From the NCBI GenBank assembly GCA_964016885.1, contig OZ024765.1:7688001-7752000 (forward strand): 64,000 bases of DNA, read 5' to 3'. Position numbers and translations under genes: made by a program. This document shows positions 1 through 14,937 of this stretch, piece by piece. The notes beneath the pieces were generated by a model. That model was not told the origin of the DNA and ran no database searches. It saw only the letters and a list, made by a program, of their open reading frames with translations. Source of the stretch: Eledone cirrhosa (Eukaryota). Every line of letters starts with the position of its first letter. The first letter of the stretch is position 1.

Positions 1-189
1 AAAAGTAGAAACAATTATCTTCTTTAATAAAGTAAAATAAAGTACCAGTAATACACTGGGTAATTGCTGGCCTTGTGCCAAAAGTAGAAACAATTATCTT
101 ATTCTTTAATAAAGTAAAATAAAGTACCAGTAATACACTGGGTAATTGCTGGCCTTGTGCCAAAAGTAGAAACAATTATTTTATGTGCA

Positions 190-2598
190 TGTATGTATAC
201 ACAGGTAGATGGTGTACAGTACATACTTCTCTATCATATGTGTGTATGTACACAGGTAAACGGTATAGGTGTACATAATTCTCTATTGTGTATGTACACT
301 AAGGTAAACAGGGTACAGGTGTATATGCTTCTCTATCATGTGTATATACACGGTAGACGAGGTACGGGTGTATATACTTTTCTATCTTATGTGTGTATGT
401 ACACCCAGGTAGACGGGGTATAGGTGTAGATAATTCTCTATCGTGTATATATACACAGGTAAACAGGGTACAGGTGTATATACTTCTCTATCTTATGTGT
501 ATATATACACACAGGTAAACAGAGTATAGGTGTATATACTTCTCTATCATGTGTGTATATATACACACAGGTAAACAGGGTACATGTGTATATACTTCTC
601 TATCGTGTGTATATATACACACAGGTAAACAGGGTACATGTGTATATACTTCTCTATCATGTGTGTATATATACACAGGTAAACAGAGTATAGGTGTATA
701 TACTTCTCTATCATGTGTGTATATATACACACAGGTAAACAGGGTACATATGTATATACTTCTCTATCATGTGTGTATATATACACAGGTAAACAGAGTA
801 TAGGTGTATATACCTCTCTCATGTGTGTATATACACAGGTAAACGGTACATGTGTATATACTTCTCTATGATGTGTGTATATATACACAGGTAAACAGTA
901 CAGGTGTACATACTTCTCTATCATATGTATATGTACACCCAGGTAGACGAGGTACAAGTGTACATCTCTATCTTATGTATATGTACACCCAGGTAGACGA
1001 GGTACAGGTGTACATACTTCTCTATCATATGTGTATGTACACCCAGGTAGACGAGGTACTGGTGTTCATACTTCTCTATCATATGTATATGTACACCCAG
1101 GTAGACGAGGTACAAGTGTACATACTTCTCTATCTTATGTATATGTACACCCAGGTAGACGAGGTACTGGTGTACATACTTCTCTATCATATGTATATGT
1201 ACACCCAGGTAGACGAGGTACAGGTGTACATACTTCTCTGTCTTATGTGTATGTACACCCAGGTAGACGAGGTACAAGTGTACATACTTCTCTATCATAT
1301 GTATATGTACACCCAGGTAGACGAGGTACAGGTGTACATACTTCTCTATCATATGTATATGTACACCCAGGTAGACGAGGTACAGGTGTACATACTTCTC
1401 TGTCTTATGCGTATGTACACCCAGGTAGACGAGGTACAGGTGTACATACTTCTCTATCATATGTATATGTACACCCAGGTAGACGAGGTACAAGTGTACA
1501 TACTTCTCTATCATATGTGTATGTACACCCAGGTAGACGAGGTACTGGTGTACATACTTCTCTATCATATGTGTATGTACACCCAGGTAGACGAGGTACA
1601 GGTGTACATACTTCTCTATCATATGTATATGTACACCCAGGTAGACGAGGTACAAGTGTACATACTTCTCTATCATATGTATATGTACACCCAGGTAGAC
1701 GAGGTACAGGTGTACATACTTCTCTATCATATGTGTATGTACACCCAGGTAGACGAGGTACTGGTGTACATACTTCTCTATCATATGTGTATGTACACCC
1801 AGGTAGACGAGGTACAGGTGTACATACTTCTCTATCATATGTATATGTACACCCAGGTAGACGAGGTACAAGTGTACATACTTCTCTATCATATGTATAT
1901 GTACACCCAGGTAGACGAGGTACAGGTGTACATACTTCTCTATCATATGTGTATGTACACCCAGGTAGACGAGGTACTGGTGTACATACTTCTCTATCAT
2001 ATGTATATGTACACCCAGGTAGACGAGGTACTGGTGTACATACTTCTCTATCATATGTATATGTACACCTAGGTAGACGAGGTACTGGTGTACATACTTC
2101 TCTATCATGTGTATATGTACACCCAGGTAGACGAGGTACTGGTGTACATACTTCTCTATCATATGTGTATGTACACCCAGGTAGACGAGGTACAAGTGTA
2201 CATACTTCTCTATCATATGTATATGTACACCCAGGTAGACGAGGTACAAGTGTACATACTTCTCTATCTTATGTATATGTACACCCAGGTAGACGAGGTA
2301 CAAGTGTACATACTTCTCTATCTTATGTATATGTACACCCAGGTAGACGAGGTACTGGTGTACATACTTCTCTATCATATGTATATGTACACCCAGGTAG
2401 ACGAGGTACTGGTGTACATACTTCTCTATCATATGTATATGTACACCCAGGTAGACGAGGTACAGGTGTACATACTTCTCTATCATATGTATATGTACAC
2501 CCAGGTAGACGAGGTACAGGTGTACATACTTCTCTATCATATGTATATGTACACCCAGGTAGACGAGGTACAGGTGTACATACTTCTCTGTCTTATGT
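190..2598. repeat. 54-bp minisatellite (caggtagacgaggtacaggtgtacatacttctctatcatatgtatatgtacacc)
   Basis: About 31 homogeneous copies from ~900, with degenerate copies upstream. Gives 18-aa periodic ORFs. Confidence 0.95.
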
Positions 2599-2689
2599 AA
2601 CTATTGCAATTACTATTACTTCTGTAGCTGTCAGACTATTTATACCAATCCTAAACTAATTTATTTACTGCCTACTAATACTGTCTTTG

Positions 2690-3220
<531 letters not shown>

Positions 3221-3626
3221 TAAAGAGAGAGAGAGAGATCTACGTCTTGTGAGGGGACGAACGACAAATAGGGATTTTCTTGAAGAAATAACTAAACTGA
3301 TTGTGTTCCAAAACTAACACAAATGCTAAAGTTAGCACCCTATTCCTGGCTGTTTACTTACTCTTTAGGCATTCTGATACAACTCCTGGCAAGTTCACCT
3401 GTCCCATACCATCCCCTGTCTCTTCTCTCCGCTTAATGCACTGGTTATATTTATATTTTTGTCTCTTATCTAGCTTCTTCATTGGAGTGTATATGTGTCT
3501 ATATATATATATGTATGTATTAATGTGCATATATATATATATTAATGTGCATATATATGTATATAGTATATATCCATATCTATATATGTGTGTCTCTGTG
3601 TTTGCCTTTTTAAAAATAAATGTATG

Positions 3627-3671
<45 letters not shown>

Positions 3672-3678
3672 ATATATA

Positions 3679-3720
3679 CCGAGCTGATGATCTGTCTTAG
3701 GTGAAACAAATTGTTCTCGG
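3679..3720 (+). ncRNA. minimal type I hammerhead ribozyme
   Basis: ccgag-CTGATGA-tctgtcttaggt-GAAA-caaattg-TT-ctcgg. 5-bp stem I, intact core, GUU triplet, weak stem II. Confidence 0.75.
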
Positions 3721-3747
3721 AAATGGTGAATTTACTGTTGTGGAACT

Positions 3748-3823
<76 letters not shown>

Positions 3824-4190
3824 TTGTATCTATATATATATATATTTGTATCTATATATATATATATTTGTATATATATATATATATTTGTGTATATATA
3901 TATATGTGTAATATATATATACATATGTATGTGTATATATGTGTGTGTGATGTTATCAACTTTTGGGTTTTTTTGGCATCATTTTACAGCTGGGTGCAGT
4001 TCCTGACACCAACCCTTTTTAAGCCACTTACAAAATGTATATATATTTATGTGTGTATATGTGTCAGTATGCTGTTGCTTTGAAGAATCAAACTTCACAT
4101 CTTTTAGATACTCATGGCTGTGAGAGAATCTTTTCGAAAATAATCAAGAATTTTGAGAGATTTTGGCAATATTACTAATTTTTTCATCAT

Positions 4191-4390
4191 AATAATAATA
4201 ATGAAATGATTGTGTAAAGTGCTCAGGTGCACTACAACTCGTCAATATAGTACATAGAATAATACACAAATGTCAGGGAAGTACATGTGTGTATGTGTTA
4301 GCTGTAGTGTTGGCGGATCTCGGGAAGCATGGAGGCCTTAAAGGATGCAGTGTCTCGACAGCTAACAACTGATGCAGGTAGTTTGTTCCA
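4191..4390 (-). mobile_element. CR1/L2-type LINE 3' end fragment
   Basis: Reverse-complement homolog of the 3' part of 6970-7636, including an (ATT)n tail. Confidence 0.75.
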
Positions 4391-5119
4391 TTATTAAGTT
4401 GGTGTTTATATTGGTTGATTGGCAGATTTAGTAGAGCATTGGACAACATGCTTTGCAGCATATAGTTACAACCCTTTACATTCTGAGTTCAAATCTTGCT
4501 GAAGTTCATTTCATACTTACGGGGTCAAAAAAATAAAGTACCTAGCTTTGTCCCCAAATAAAAAACCATTATTAAGTTGGCGTTAGAAATATAATTTAAC
4601 AAACGCTCTCACAGAGAACTATTATGGAAACTATTTCGGTAAATATAAACGCTTTAATCCTTCCATTACCATATTTCTAATGAATAGTTTCAAAATAATT
4701 TCAAAAATAAAAATTTGGAGAGATTTAGTAATAAACTAACCTTTTCATCCCTTTTGCGACTTGCCTGGTTATCAAATAATTTTGAAAATAATCAACAATT
4801 TGGAGGGATTTAGTAATAAATTAACTTTTTCATTACCAACCCTTTCATTAACATATTTTGGTATGAAAGACACTGCCTATGGTTTACAAAAGTTTTTTGG
4901 AAATAATCAAGCATTTGGAAGGATTTTGTAATATAACTCTCATTTTTAGTCTGGTATTTAGAACATAATTTAACAAAGGTTCTTAAAATTATGATGGTAG
5001 ATTTTTAGATAAATATAAACAGTTTAACTGTTTCATTAGCATATTTCTTTTGAAAGACACTGCCTATCATTTTCAAATAATTTTGAAAATAATCAAAAAT
5101 TTCAAAGGATTTAGTAATA

Positions 5120-5447
5120 CAGTTGTCCCCTGGTATTTACGGGTTATGTTCCTAGGGTACCTGCGAAGAGTGAAAAACCGCAAATATTACACGTGGTCTA
5201 TAAAAATGCCTATACACATTAAAATATAACGTAAAATATAATATAAGAAAGGGGCGTTCAATAGGCCCGCAAATATGGTATATTGTCATTAATAATATAC
5301 TGTTAAAAAAGTATATATATTGCCATAAAAAAATCGCAGAACATATTTACGATTCTGTGAATATGTGGTGGTCCCACGAACAATTATTAGTTAGGTTCTA
5401 AGGAAAATTCCACATATGTCAGGACTGTGAATGCCAGGAGTACACTG
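5120..5447. mobile_element. Tc1/mariner (Tigger-like) MITE
   Basis: TA-cagttgtcccctggtattt...aatgccaggagtacactg-TA. A second copy lies inverted at 31941-32262. Confidence 0.75.
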
Positions 5448-6281
5448 TATATCTTTCTCATTATTTAGCTGTTATTTAGAAGATAACAAAGTTTCTAAAA
5501 ATTATGATGGAAGCTTTTAGATAAACATAAAATCTTTAACCCTTTCATTACCATATTTATAATGAAATAATTTTGGAAATAATGAAGAATTTTCAAGGAT
5601 TTACTAATATATCTTTGTCATTAGAAGATAACTTAACAAAGGTTCTTACATAAAATGATGGAAGGTTCTTAGATAAATATAAATAAACACTTTAGATAAA
5701 ATATAAAAAGCTTTGTAATCATAAAACAAGGGATGATTTCGCTTGGTTTGGTATCAAAAGAGTTATAAAAGCATTGCCTATTAATAAAAACTCAACAAAA
5801 CAACACATTTAAGATAATGCTGAGCTAGATTACATGGTAAAGAAGACTGGAAAAAATGAAGAAAATGTGTAACAACAACAGCAGTAGTAAGAAAGGAAGA
5901 GAATATGTAACGAAGTATTTATCTGTCTAAATTTAGAATGTTAAAACGTAATTTTAGGCTTTGAAAGTGAAACAAAGATTTCCTTCGCACCCCTTCCAAT
6001 CCCCCAGAGATAATTTAACCCATTTGATACAAAACCACCTAAACAGCCCCCATCGTTCTATGATATGAATACAGAATTCATAATGAGAAAGTTTTATAGA
6101 TTTAACCCTTTAGCATTTACATTACTCTATATATACTATTATATGAGATTTTGATATTTATTTTGAGAACAATACCTTAACATCAGTATGAATGGCTGGT
6201 TACAACTGGTTTGAACAAAAAGGTGAGAGAATTCTAGTTGGATACAGCAGGTTTAACCCTTTATAGCATTTACATTACTCT

Positions 6282-6671
6282 CATCATCACTGTTTTACGT
6301 CCGATTTCTTCCACACTAGCATGGGTTAGACGAGTTGTCCTGTTGTGGGCAGTGCCCGGTAGGCTGACCTTGTCTTGCTCATACGGGAACTGATTTGGCT
6401 TGATTTCTACAGCTGGATGCCCTTCCTAACACCAACCTCATTTACAGTGAGTGCTGGGTGCTTTTTTTCCGTGGCGCCTACATGACCACTTTGCAGTGGA
6501 ATGATAGGGACCCCAGTCCCTATCATCTCATTTCTACAGCTGAATAAACTGGAGCAATGCGAAATAAAGTGTCTTGCTCAAGGAAACAACACATCACCCA
6601 GTCTGAGAATTGAACTCACAACCTTTCAATTGCAAGCCCAATGCTCTAACCACTAAGCCATGCGCCTTCAC
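6282..6671 (-). mobile_element. tRNA/CORE-like SINE with RTE-type (GAT)n tail
   Basis: A and B boxes, ccttgagcaagacacttt core, internal hairpin atgatagggac/gtccctatcat. Same structure at 13365-13710. Confidence 0.8.
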
Positions 6672-6969
6672 TATATATATATAGTGAAGGCGCATGTATG
6701 TGTATGTGTATGTCTGTATGTGTGTATGTCTGTATGTGTATGTGTCTGTATGTAAGTGTAAGTGTCTGCTTCAGAAAGATGAGTCACATCTAAAATTAAG
6801 AATTTAATAGCAATATTGTAAGGAAAGAATATATTTATCTAAAAATCATCAATAATAATTTTATGTAAGAACTTGTGTTAAGTTATGTTCCAAAGAATTT
6901 ACTACCAATATTGCAAGGATAGCATATATTTATCTAAAAATCATCAATAATAATTTTATGTAAGAACCC

Positions 6970-7599
6970 GTGCTCAAAATTGTTAACCATCTTGCCAACA
7001 ACAACCCTGAGTACCTTTTTGATTTCCATGTGTCTAACACACGTGGGCATGCCCACAAAGTCAGAAAACAGTACAGTTCCCATGACTTTTGGAAACATTT
7101 TTTCACGCTCAGAGCTGCTGAAGCATGGAACAAACTACCTGCATCAGTTGTTAGCTGTCGAGACACTGCATCCTTTAAAACCTCCATGGAACAAACTACC
7201 TGCATCAGTTGTTAGCTGTCGAGACACTGCATCCTTTAAAACCTCCATGGAACAAACTACCTGCATCAGTTGTTAGCTGTCGAGACACTGCATCCTTTAA
7301 AACCTCCATGGAACAAACTCCCTGCATCAGTTGTTAGCTGTCGAGACACTGCATCCTTTAAAACCTCCATGGAACAAACTACCTGCATCAGTTGTTAGCT
7401 GTCGAGACACTGCATCCTTTAAAACCTCCATGCTTCCCGAGATTCGCCAACACTACACCTAATGTTCCCCCTCCATACACATACACACATGTATATCATG
7501 ACTCATACACTATTCACTTCCCTGACATTTGTGTATTCTATGTACTATACATGCACCTTTGATGAGTTGTAGTGCACCTGAGCACTTTATACAATAATT

Positions 7600-7636
<37 letters not shown>
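6970..7636 (+). mobile_element. CR1/L2-type LINE 3' end with internal 61-bp x5 tandem expansion
   Basis: Encodes NTRGHAHKVRK..HFFTLRAAEAWNKLPASVV..FK, the typical CR1/L2 ORF2 C-terminus. Ends in (ATT)n. Confidence 0.85.
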
Positions 7637-7638
<2 letters not shown>

Positions 7639-7889
7639 TAAGTTATGTTCCAAAGAATTTATTACTAGCAATATTGTATATTTAAACGGTATATTTATCT
7701 AAAAATCATCCATAATAATGTTATGTAAGAACCCGTGTTAAGTTATGTGCCAAAGAATTTTGCAATATTATAAGGAAAGATTTAAAGTTGTTAGTCTGTC
7801 TGCTATCCCTGGGATATCCTAGCAAGAGTTTCTCTCTTCCACCTCCTTCACCTCCATCACATCCTCTTCACCATTACTGCTGCTGCTGT

Positions 7890-9944
7890 CTTTGTGTGTG
7901 CATCTGTATGTGTACTTGTGCTTGTCTGTATGTGTGTGTGTGTGAGTTTGTGCCTGTCTGTATGTGTATGTGTGTGTGTGAGTTTGTGCCTGTCTGTATG
8001 TATGCGTGTGTGTGAGTTTGTGCTTGTCTGTATGTGTGTGTGTGTGAGTTTGTGCCTGTCTGTATGTGTATGTGTATGTGTGTGTATGTGTGTGTGAGTT
8101 TGCGCCTGTCCGTATGTATGTGTGTGAGTTTGTGCCTGTCTGTATGTGTGTGTGTGAGTTTGTGCTTGTCTGTATGTGTGTGTGTGTGAGTTTGTGCCTG
8201 TCTGTATGTGTGTGTGTGTGAGTTTGTGCCTGTCTGTATGTATGTGTGTGAGTTTGTGCTTGTCTGTATGTGTGTGTGTGTGAGTTTGTGCCTGTCTGTA
8301 TGTGTGTGTGTGTGTATGTGTGTGTGTGAGTTTGTGCCTGTCCGTATGTATGTGTGTGTGTGAGTTTGTGCCTGTCTGTATGTATGCGTGTGAGTTTGTG
8401 CCTGTCCGTATGTGTGTGTGAGTTTGTGCTTGTCTGTATGTATGCGTGTGAGTTTGTGCCTGTCCGTATGTGTGTGTGAGTTTGTGCTTGTCTGTATGTA
8501 TGCGTGTGAGTTTGTGCCTGTCCGTATGTGTGTGTGTGTGAGTTTGTGCCTGTCTGTATGTATGCGTGTGAGTTTGTGCCTGTCCGTATGTGTGTGTGAG
8601 TTTGTGCTTGTCTGTATGTGTGTGTGTGTGAGTTTGCGCCTGGCCGTATGTATGTGTGTGTGTGAGTTTGTGCTTGTCTGTATGTGTATGTGTGTGAGTT
8701 TGCGCCTGGCCGTATGTATGTGTGTGTGTGAGTTTGTGCCTGTCTGTATGTGTATGTGTGTGAGTTTGCGCCTGGCCGTATGTATGTGTGTGTGTGAGTT
8801 TGTGCTTGTCTGTATGTGTATGTGTGTGAGTTTGCGCCTGGCCGTATGTATGTGTGTGTGTGAGTTTGTGCCTGTCTGTATGTATGCGTGTGAGTTTGTG
8901 CCTGTCTATGTATGCGTGTGAGTTTGTGCTTGTCTGTGTGTGTGTGTGAGTTTGTGCCTGTCTGTATGTGTATGTGTGTGTATATGTGTGTGTGAGTTTG
9001 TGCCTGTCCGTATGTATGTGTGTGTGTGAGTTTGTGCCTGTCTGTATGTGTATGTGTGTGTGTGAGTTTGCGCCTGTCCGTATGTATGTGTGTGTGTGAG
9101 TTTGTGCCTGTCTGTATGTGTATGTGTGTGTGTGAGTTTGTGCCTGTCCGTATGTATGTGTGTGTGTGAGTTTGTGCCTGTCTGTATGTGTGTGTGTGTT
9201 TGTGCCTGCATGCGTATGTGTCTGCACATGTGTGTGTGTGTGTATGTGTCTGTGCCTGTGTGTATCTGTGTCTGTGTGTATGTGTGTGTTTGTGCCTGCA
9301 TGCGTGTGTGTGTGTGTGTGTGTATGTGTCTGTGCCTGTGTGTATCTGTGTCTGTATCTGTACATGTGTCTGTGTGTGTGTGTGTGTGTATCTGTATCTG
9401 TGTCTGTGTGTGTGTGTCTGTGTCTGTATCTGTACATGTGTCTGTCTGTCTGTGTGTGTGTGTGTGTGTGTCTGTATCTGTGTCTGTGTCTGTGTGTCTG
9501 TCTGTATCTGTACATGTGTCTGTGTGTGTGTGTCTGTGTCTGTATCTGTACATGTGTCTGTCTGTCTGTGTGTGTGTGTGTGTGTGTGTCTGTATCTGTG
9601 TCTGTGTCTGTGTGTCTGTCTGTATCTGTACATGTGTCTGTGTGTCTGTCTGTATCTGTACATGTGTCTGTGTGTGTGTGTCTGTGTCTGTATCTGTACA
9701 TGTGTCTGTCTGTCTGTGTGTGTGTGTGTGTGTGTGTCTGTATCTGTGTCTGTGTCTGTGTGTCTGTCTGTATCTGTATCTGTGTCTGTGTGTGTGTGTC
9801 TGTGTCTGTATCTGTACATGTGTCTGTCTGTCTGTGTGTGTGTGTGTGTGTGTCTGTATCTGTGTCTGTGTCTGTGTGTCTGTCTGTATCTGTACATGTG
9901 TCTGTGTGTGTGTGTCTGTGTCTGTATCTGTACATGTGTCTGTC

Positions 9945-9975
<31 letters not shown>

Positions 9976-11350
9976 CTGTATCTGTGTCTGTGTCTGTGTG
10001 TCTGTCTGTATCTGTACATGTGTCTGTGTGTCTGTCTGTATCTGTACATGTGTCTGTGTGTGTGTGTCTGTGTCTGTATCTGTACATGTGTCTGTCTGTC
10101 TGTGTGTGTGTGTGTGGGTGTGTCTGTATCTGTGTCTGTGTCTGTGTGTCTGTCTGTATCTGTATCTGTGTCTGTGTGTGTGTGTCTGTGTCTGTATCTG
10201 TACATGTGTCTGTCTGTCTGTGTGTGTGTGTGTGTGTGTCTGTATCTGTGTCTGTGTCTGTGTGTGTGTCTGTATCTGTACATGTCTGTGTGTGTATGTG
10301 TATCTGTGTGTGTGTCTGTATCTGTACATGTGTCTGTGTATGTGTGTGTGTCTATCTGTACATGTGTCTGTGTGTGTATGTGTATCTGTGTGTGTGTGTC
10401 TGTATCTACATGTGTCTGTGTGTGTGTGTGTGTATCTGTGTCTGTGTGTGTGTGTGTCTGTATCTGTACATGTGTCTGTGTGTGTGTGTATCTGTGTCTG
10501 TGTGTGTGTGTGTCTGTATCTGTACATGTGTCTGTGTGTGTATGTGTATCTGTATCTGTGTGTGTGTGTGCTTGTATATGTATCTGTACTGTGCCTGTGT
10601 ATCTGTGTCTGCGTCTATGTATGTGTATGTATCTGTATGCATGTGTGTATGTGTATGTATGTGTATGTGTACCTGTGTATGTGTAAGTGTATGTATGTGT
10701 ACCTGTGTATGGGTCTGTGTCTGTAAGTGTATGTGTATGTGTACCTGTGTATGTGTATGTATGTGCATGTGTACCTGTGTCTAAGTGTATGTGTATGTAT
10801 GTGTAAGTGTATGTGTCTGTAAGTGTACGTGTACCTGTGTATGTGTCTGTAAGTGTATGTGTCTGTGTATATGTATGTACTTGTGTGTGTCTGTATGTGT
10901 ATGTCTGTATGTGTACGTGTGTGTAAGTGTCTATGTATATGTGTCTGTATGTGTACGTCTGTATGTGTCTGTGTGTCTATGTGTCTATGTGTCTATGTGT
11001 ATGTCTGTATGTCTATGTGTCTATGTGTATGTCTGTATGTAAGTGTCTGTATGTGTATGTCTGTATGTAAGTGTCTGTATGTCTGTATGTAAGTGTCTGT
11101 ATGTGTGTGTCTGTATGTGTATGTAAGTGTAAGTGTCTATGTAAGTGTCTGTATGTGTATGTCTGTAAGTGTCTGTATGTGTATGTCTGTAAGTGTCTGT
11201 ATGTGTATGTCTGTAAGTGTAAGTGTCTGTATGTGTATGTTTGTATGTAAGTGTCTGTATGTGTCTATGTGTATGTCTGTATGTAAGTGTAAGTGTATGT
11301 CTGTATGTGTGTATGTCTGTATGTGTATGTGTCTGTATGTAAGTGTAAGT
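7890..11350. repeat. 3.5-kb compound (TG)n-derived minisatellite
   Basis: Successive blocks with motifs gagtttgtgcctgtctgtat, tctgtatctgtacatg and gtaagtgtctgtat. Confidence 0.95.
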
Positions 11351-11459
11351 GTCTGCTTCAGAAAGATGAGTCACATCTAAAATTAAATAAATGTTGTGTA
11401 GCTAATGTATTACACAGCTTTTCCTATTTTCTTCACACAAGAACGATCAAATGTATTTG

Positions 11460-11817
11460 GTAATAATAATAACAATAGTAGTAACAGTAGCAGTGGTAGT
11501 AGTAGTAGCAGTAGTAGTAGTAGTGGTAGTAGTGATAGTAGCAGTAGTAGTAGTGGTAGTAGTAGTAGCAGTAGTAGTAGTAGTGGTAGTAGCAGTGGTA
11601 GTAGTGGTAGTAGCAGTAGTAGTGGTAGTAGTAGTGGTAGTGGTAGTAGTAGCAGTAGTGGTAGTAGTGTAGTAGTAGTAGCAGTAATAGCAGTGGTAGC
11701 AGTGGTAGTAGTAGTAGCAATAATAGCAGTGGTAGTAGTAGTAGTGGCAGCAGCAGTAGCAGTAGTAATAGTAGTAGTGGTAGTGGTGGTGGTAGTAGTA
11801 GTAGTAATAACAGTAAC

Positions 11818-11853
<36 letters not shown>

Positions 11854-11856
11854 GGT
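11460..11856. repeat. (AGT/GGT/GCA)n trinucleotide repeat
   Basis: Seen directly in the sequence. Confidence 0.95.
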
Positions 11857-12044
11857 TTCTAATTTAAGTGTAAGGCCAATAATCCTCTGGGCCAGGCTAG
11901 GGTGTGCTTCACTGTTACCTTTATTTTGTTAACCCCAGAAAGGACTAAAAGCTAATCTGACCTTCGAGGTGGTGGGATTTGAACTCACAACGTAGAAGTA
12001 GTGTAATGATATGGTGTTAAGCAATATCATCATCATCACCATAA

Positions 12045-12460
12045 TAATAGTTTCATATATAGGCACAAGGCCAGCAACTTTGGGGGAAGGGGAAAGTCGA
12101 TTAAATTGACGCCAGTGCGTGACTGGTACTTTATTATCGACTCTGTAAGGATGAAAGGCAAAGTTAACCTCGGCAGGATTTGAACTCAGACCGTAAAGGG
12201 CCGTAACTCTATGCTGCAAAGCATGGCGTCCGACCTTCTACCAGTACTTCCGATCCACAGTCCTAATAATTGTTTCTATTTTTGGCACAAGGCCAGCAAT
12301 AATCCCAGTGTATTACTGGTACTTTATTTTATCGACCCTGTAAGGATGAAAGGCAAAGTTAACCTCGGTGGGATTTGAACTTAGACGGTAAAGGGCCGTA
12401 ACTCTATGCTGCAGAGCATGGCGTCCGACCCTCTACCGGTACTGCCAATCCACTGCCCTA
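12045..12460 (-). mobile_element. tandem SINEs of the family carrying gcctttcatccttacggggtcgataaaataaagtaccag (Deu/Nin-domain-like)
   Basis: Same family at ~4410-4570, 19620-19807, 26068-26460, 33650-34220 and 60930-61145. Confidence 0.75.
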
Positions 12461-13114
12461 ATAATAATAAAAGTACGATTTGTATTCATTGCGTTTATTG
12501 AGTAATGATAATAATAATGATGATATGTGAAGATAGAAATAGCTGGTAAGTGGATGATGAAAACAGAAACAGTTCCTATAATAATAGGTGTTCTGGGAAT
12601 GAGAGAGAGAGAGAGAGACATAACATAGAGTACCTCAGTACTTACAGATATATAGCTTTATACAGAACATAGTACTGTTAGGTACTGTACATGTGTTACA
12701 TAGAACACCTGAGAACATATATATATCATCATCATCATCATCATCACCGTTTTACGTCCGTTCTTCCATGCTAGCATGGGTTAGACGGGTTGTCCTGTGG
12801 TGGGCAGTGTCTGGTCGGCTGACCATGCCTTGCTCATACAGGAACTGATCTGGCTTGATTTCTACAGCTGGATGCCCTTCCTAACACCAACCTCATTTAC
12901 AGTGAGTGCTGGGTGCTTTTTCGTGGCGCCTACATGTCCACTTTACAGTGTGGGCTGGGTGATTTTTTGCCGTGGCACCTCCACGACCACCTTGCGGTGG
13001 GGGGAGTGGGGGCATATTGTTTATATGCTTCAGCATGTACCCATGGGAGGTCGGGTACCCTGTATTACTGCGTGACGCCAGAAGTCACGGTCGTATATAT
13101 ATATATATATATAC

Positions 13115-13710
<596 letters not shown>

Positions 13711-13720
13711 ATATATATAT

Positions 13721-14032
13721 AATATAAGATCAAAAGATGGTTAAAAGAGTTCCAAGTATTTTATTATGCGCATTTCAAAAACAAATATCATCATGGGATG
13801 ATATCTGCGTTTTCATCAGATAAAATAAGGATACATGATGTGAAGCTTAAAAAACACTTGTGAATAGTGAAGTTTTGATATTTGTTTTTGAAATGCGCAT
13901 AATAAAATACTTGGAACTCTTTTAACCATCTTTTGATCTTATATTATGTATACTCCAGTCCTACAAACTGTAGAGTGCTACTTATCCAATATTTGCATTG
14001 CTTTATTGTGCTACAATAAAACTCACCTCCTA
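13721..14032. mobile_element. Penelope-like foldback insertion in (TA)n
   Basis: Perfect 70-bp inverted arms 13721-13790 and 13876-13945, a hammerhead, an ~85-bp tail, TA tracts on both sides. Confidence 0.75.
13757..13827 (-). ncRNA. type I hammerhead ribozyme
   Basis: Minus strand reads tattttat-CTGATGA-aaacgcagatatca..tgatatttgttttt-GAAA-tgcgca-TA-ataaaata. 8-bp stem I, long stem II, palindromic stem III ATGCGCAT. Confidence 0.85.
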
Positions 14033-14049
14033 CATATATATATATATAT

Positions 14050-14335
14050 ATTAAGAGAGTAAAACAAAGAATCCTTTAATACATCAAAAGTTTTTATTAG
14101 CCGACAATGTTTCGTCCTATTAAGGACTCATCAGGGCAATCAAAACAACAAGAGGTAATATCGGCAGATACAAGCCAACATTGTCGGCTAATAAAAACTT
14201 TTGATGTATTAAAGGATTCTTTGTTTTACTCTCTTAATTTTTTGGCTCTGTTTAACTGCATTGAGCTATACCTTTTACTGTCATTTCTATAATACGAAGA
14301 GGGTGTTTGACTCAAACACGCTCCAGTATTCTAAT

Positions 14336-14339
<4 letters not shown>
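14050..14339. mobile_element. Penelope-like foldback insertion in (TA)n
   Basis: Inverted arms 14050-14111 and 14177-14238, a hammerhead, a tail, TA flanks. Confidence 0.75.
14098..14139 (-). ncRNA. minimal type I hammerhead ribozyme
   Basis: Minus strand reads gcc-CTGATGA-gtcct taat aggac-GAAA-cattg-TC-ggc. Canonical core and GUC triplet. Confidence 0.9.
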
Positions 14340-14417
<78 letters not shown>

Positions 14418-14419
<2 letters not shown>

Positions 14420-14639
14420 GGTAACAAGTTATTGATATAGGTGTACGGCTTTGTTTAACTCAACAAGAGGTTTCCATAGTTAGGCAGCGAGTTCCCTATG
14501 TAGGTTATACTTGGAGTAATAATAGTGAAAGAATGAAGAGTAACATGGTTGGCTGTACAATAAGGGGCTTTATTTCAGGTATTGAATAACTGAAATAAAG
14601 CCCCTTGTTGTACAGCCAACCATGTTACTCTTCATTCTT

Positions 14640-14646
<7 letters not shown>
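14418..14646. mobile_element. foldback insertion in (TA)n, no ribozyme visible
   Basis: Arms 14522-14578 and 14590-14646 with one mismatch, tail on the left, TA flanks. Confidence 0.65.
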
Positions 14647-14684
<38 letters not shown>

Positions 14685-14698
14685 GTCTATATATTTAT

Positions 14699-14845
<147 letters not shown>

Positions 14846-14862
14846 TATATATACATATATAT

Positions 14863-14937
<75 letters not shown>

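Noticed and set aside
852-2659. 400-540 aa ORFs on both strands
   Set aside because: Product of a 54-bp unit (multiple of 3) lacking stops in several frames; no splice or homology support.
3244-3275. gtcttgtgaggggacgaa resembling hammerhead stem II
   Set aside because: CUGANGA and full GAAA are absent; at most a remnant.
7819-10784. ORFs up to 902 aa (His/Thr- or Cys/Val-rich)
   Set aside because: Translation of (TG)n-derived minisatellite.
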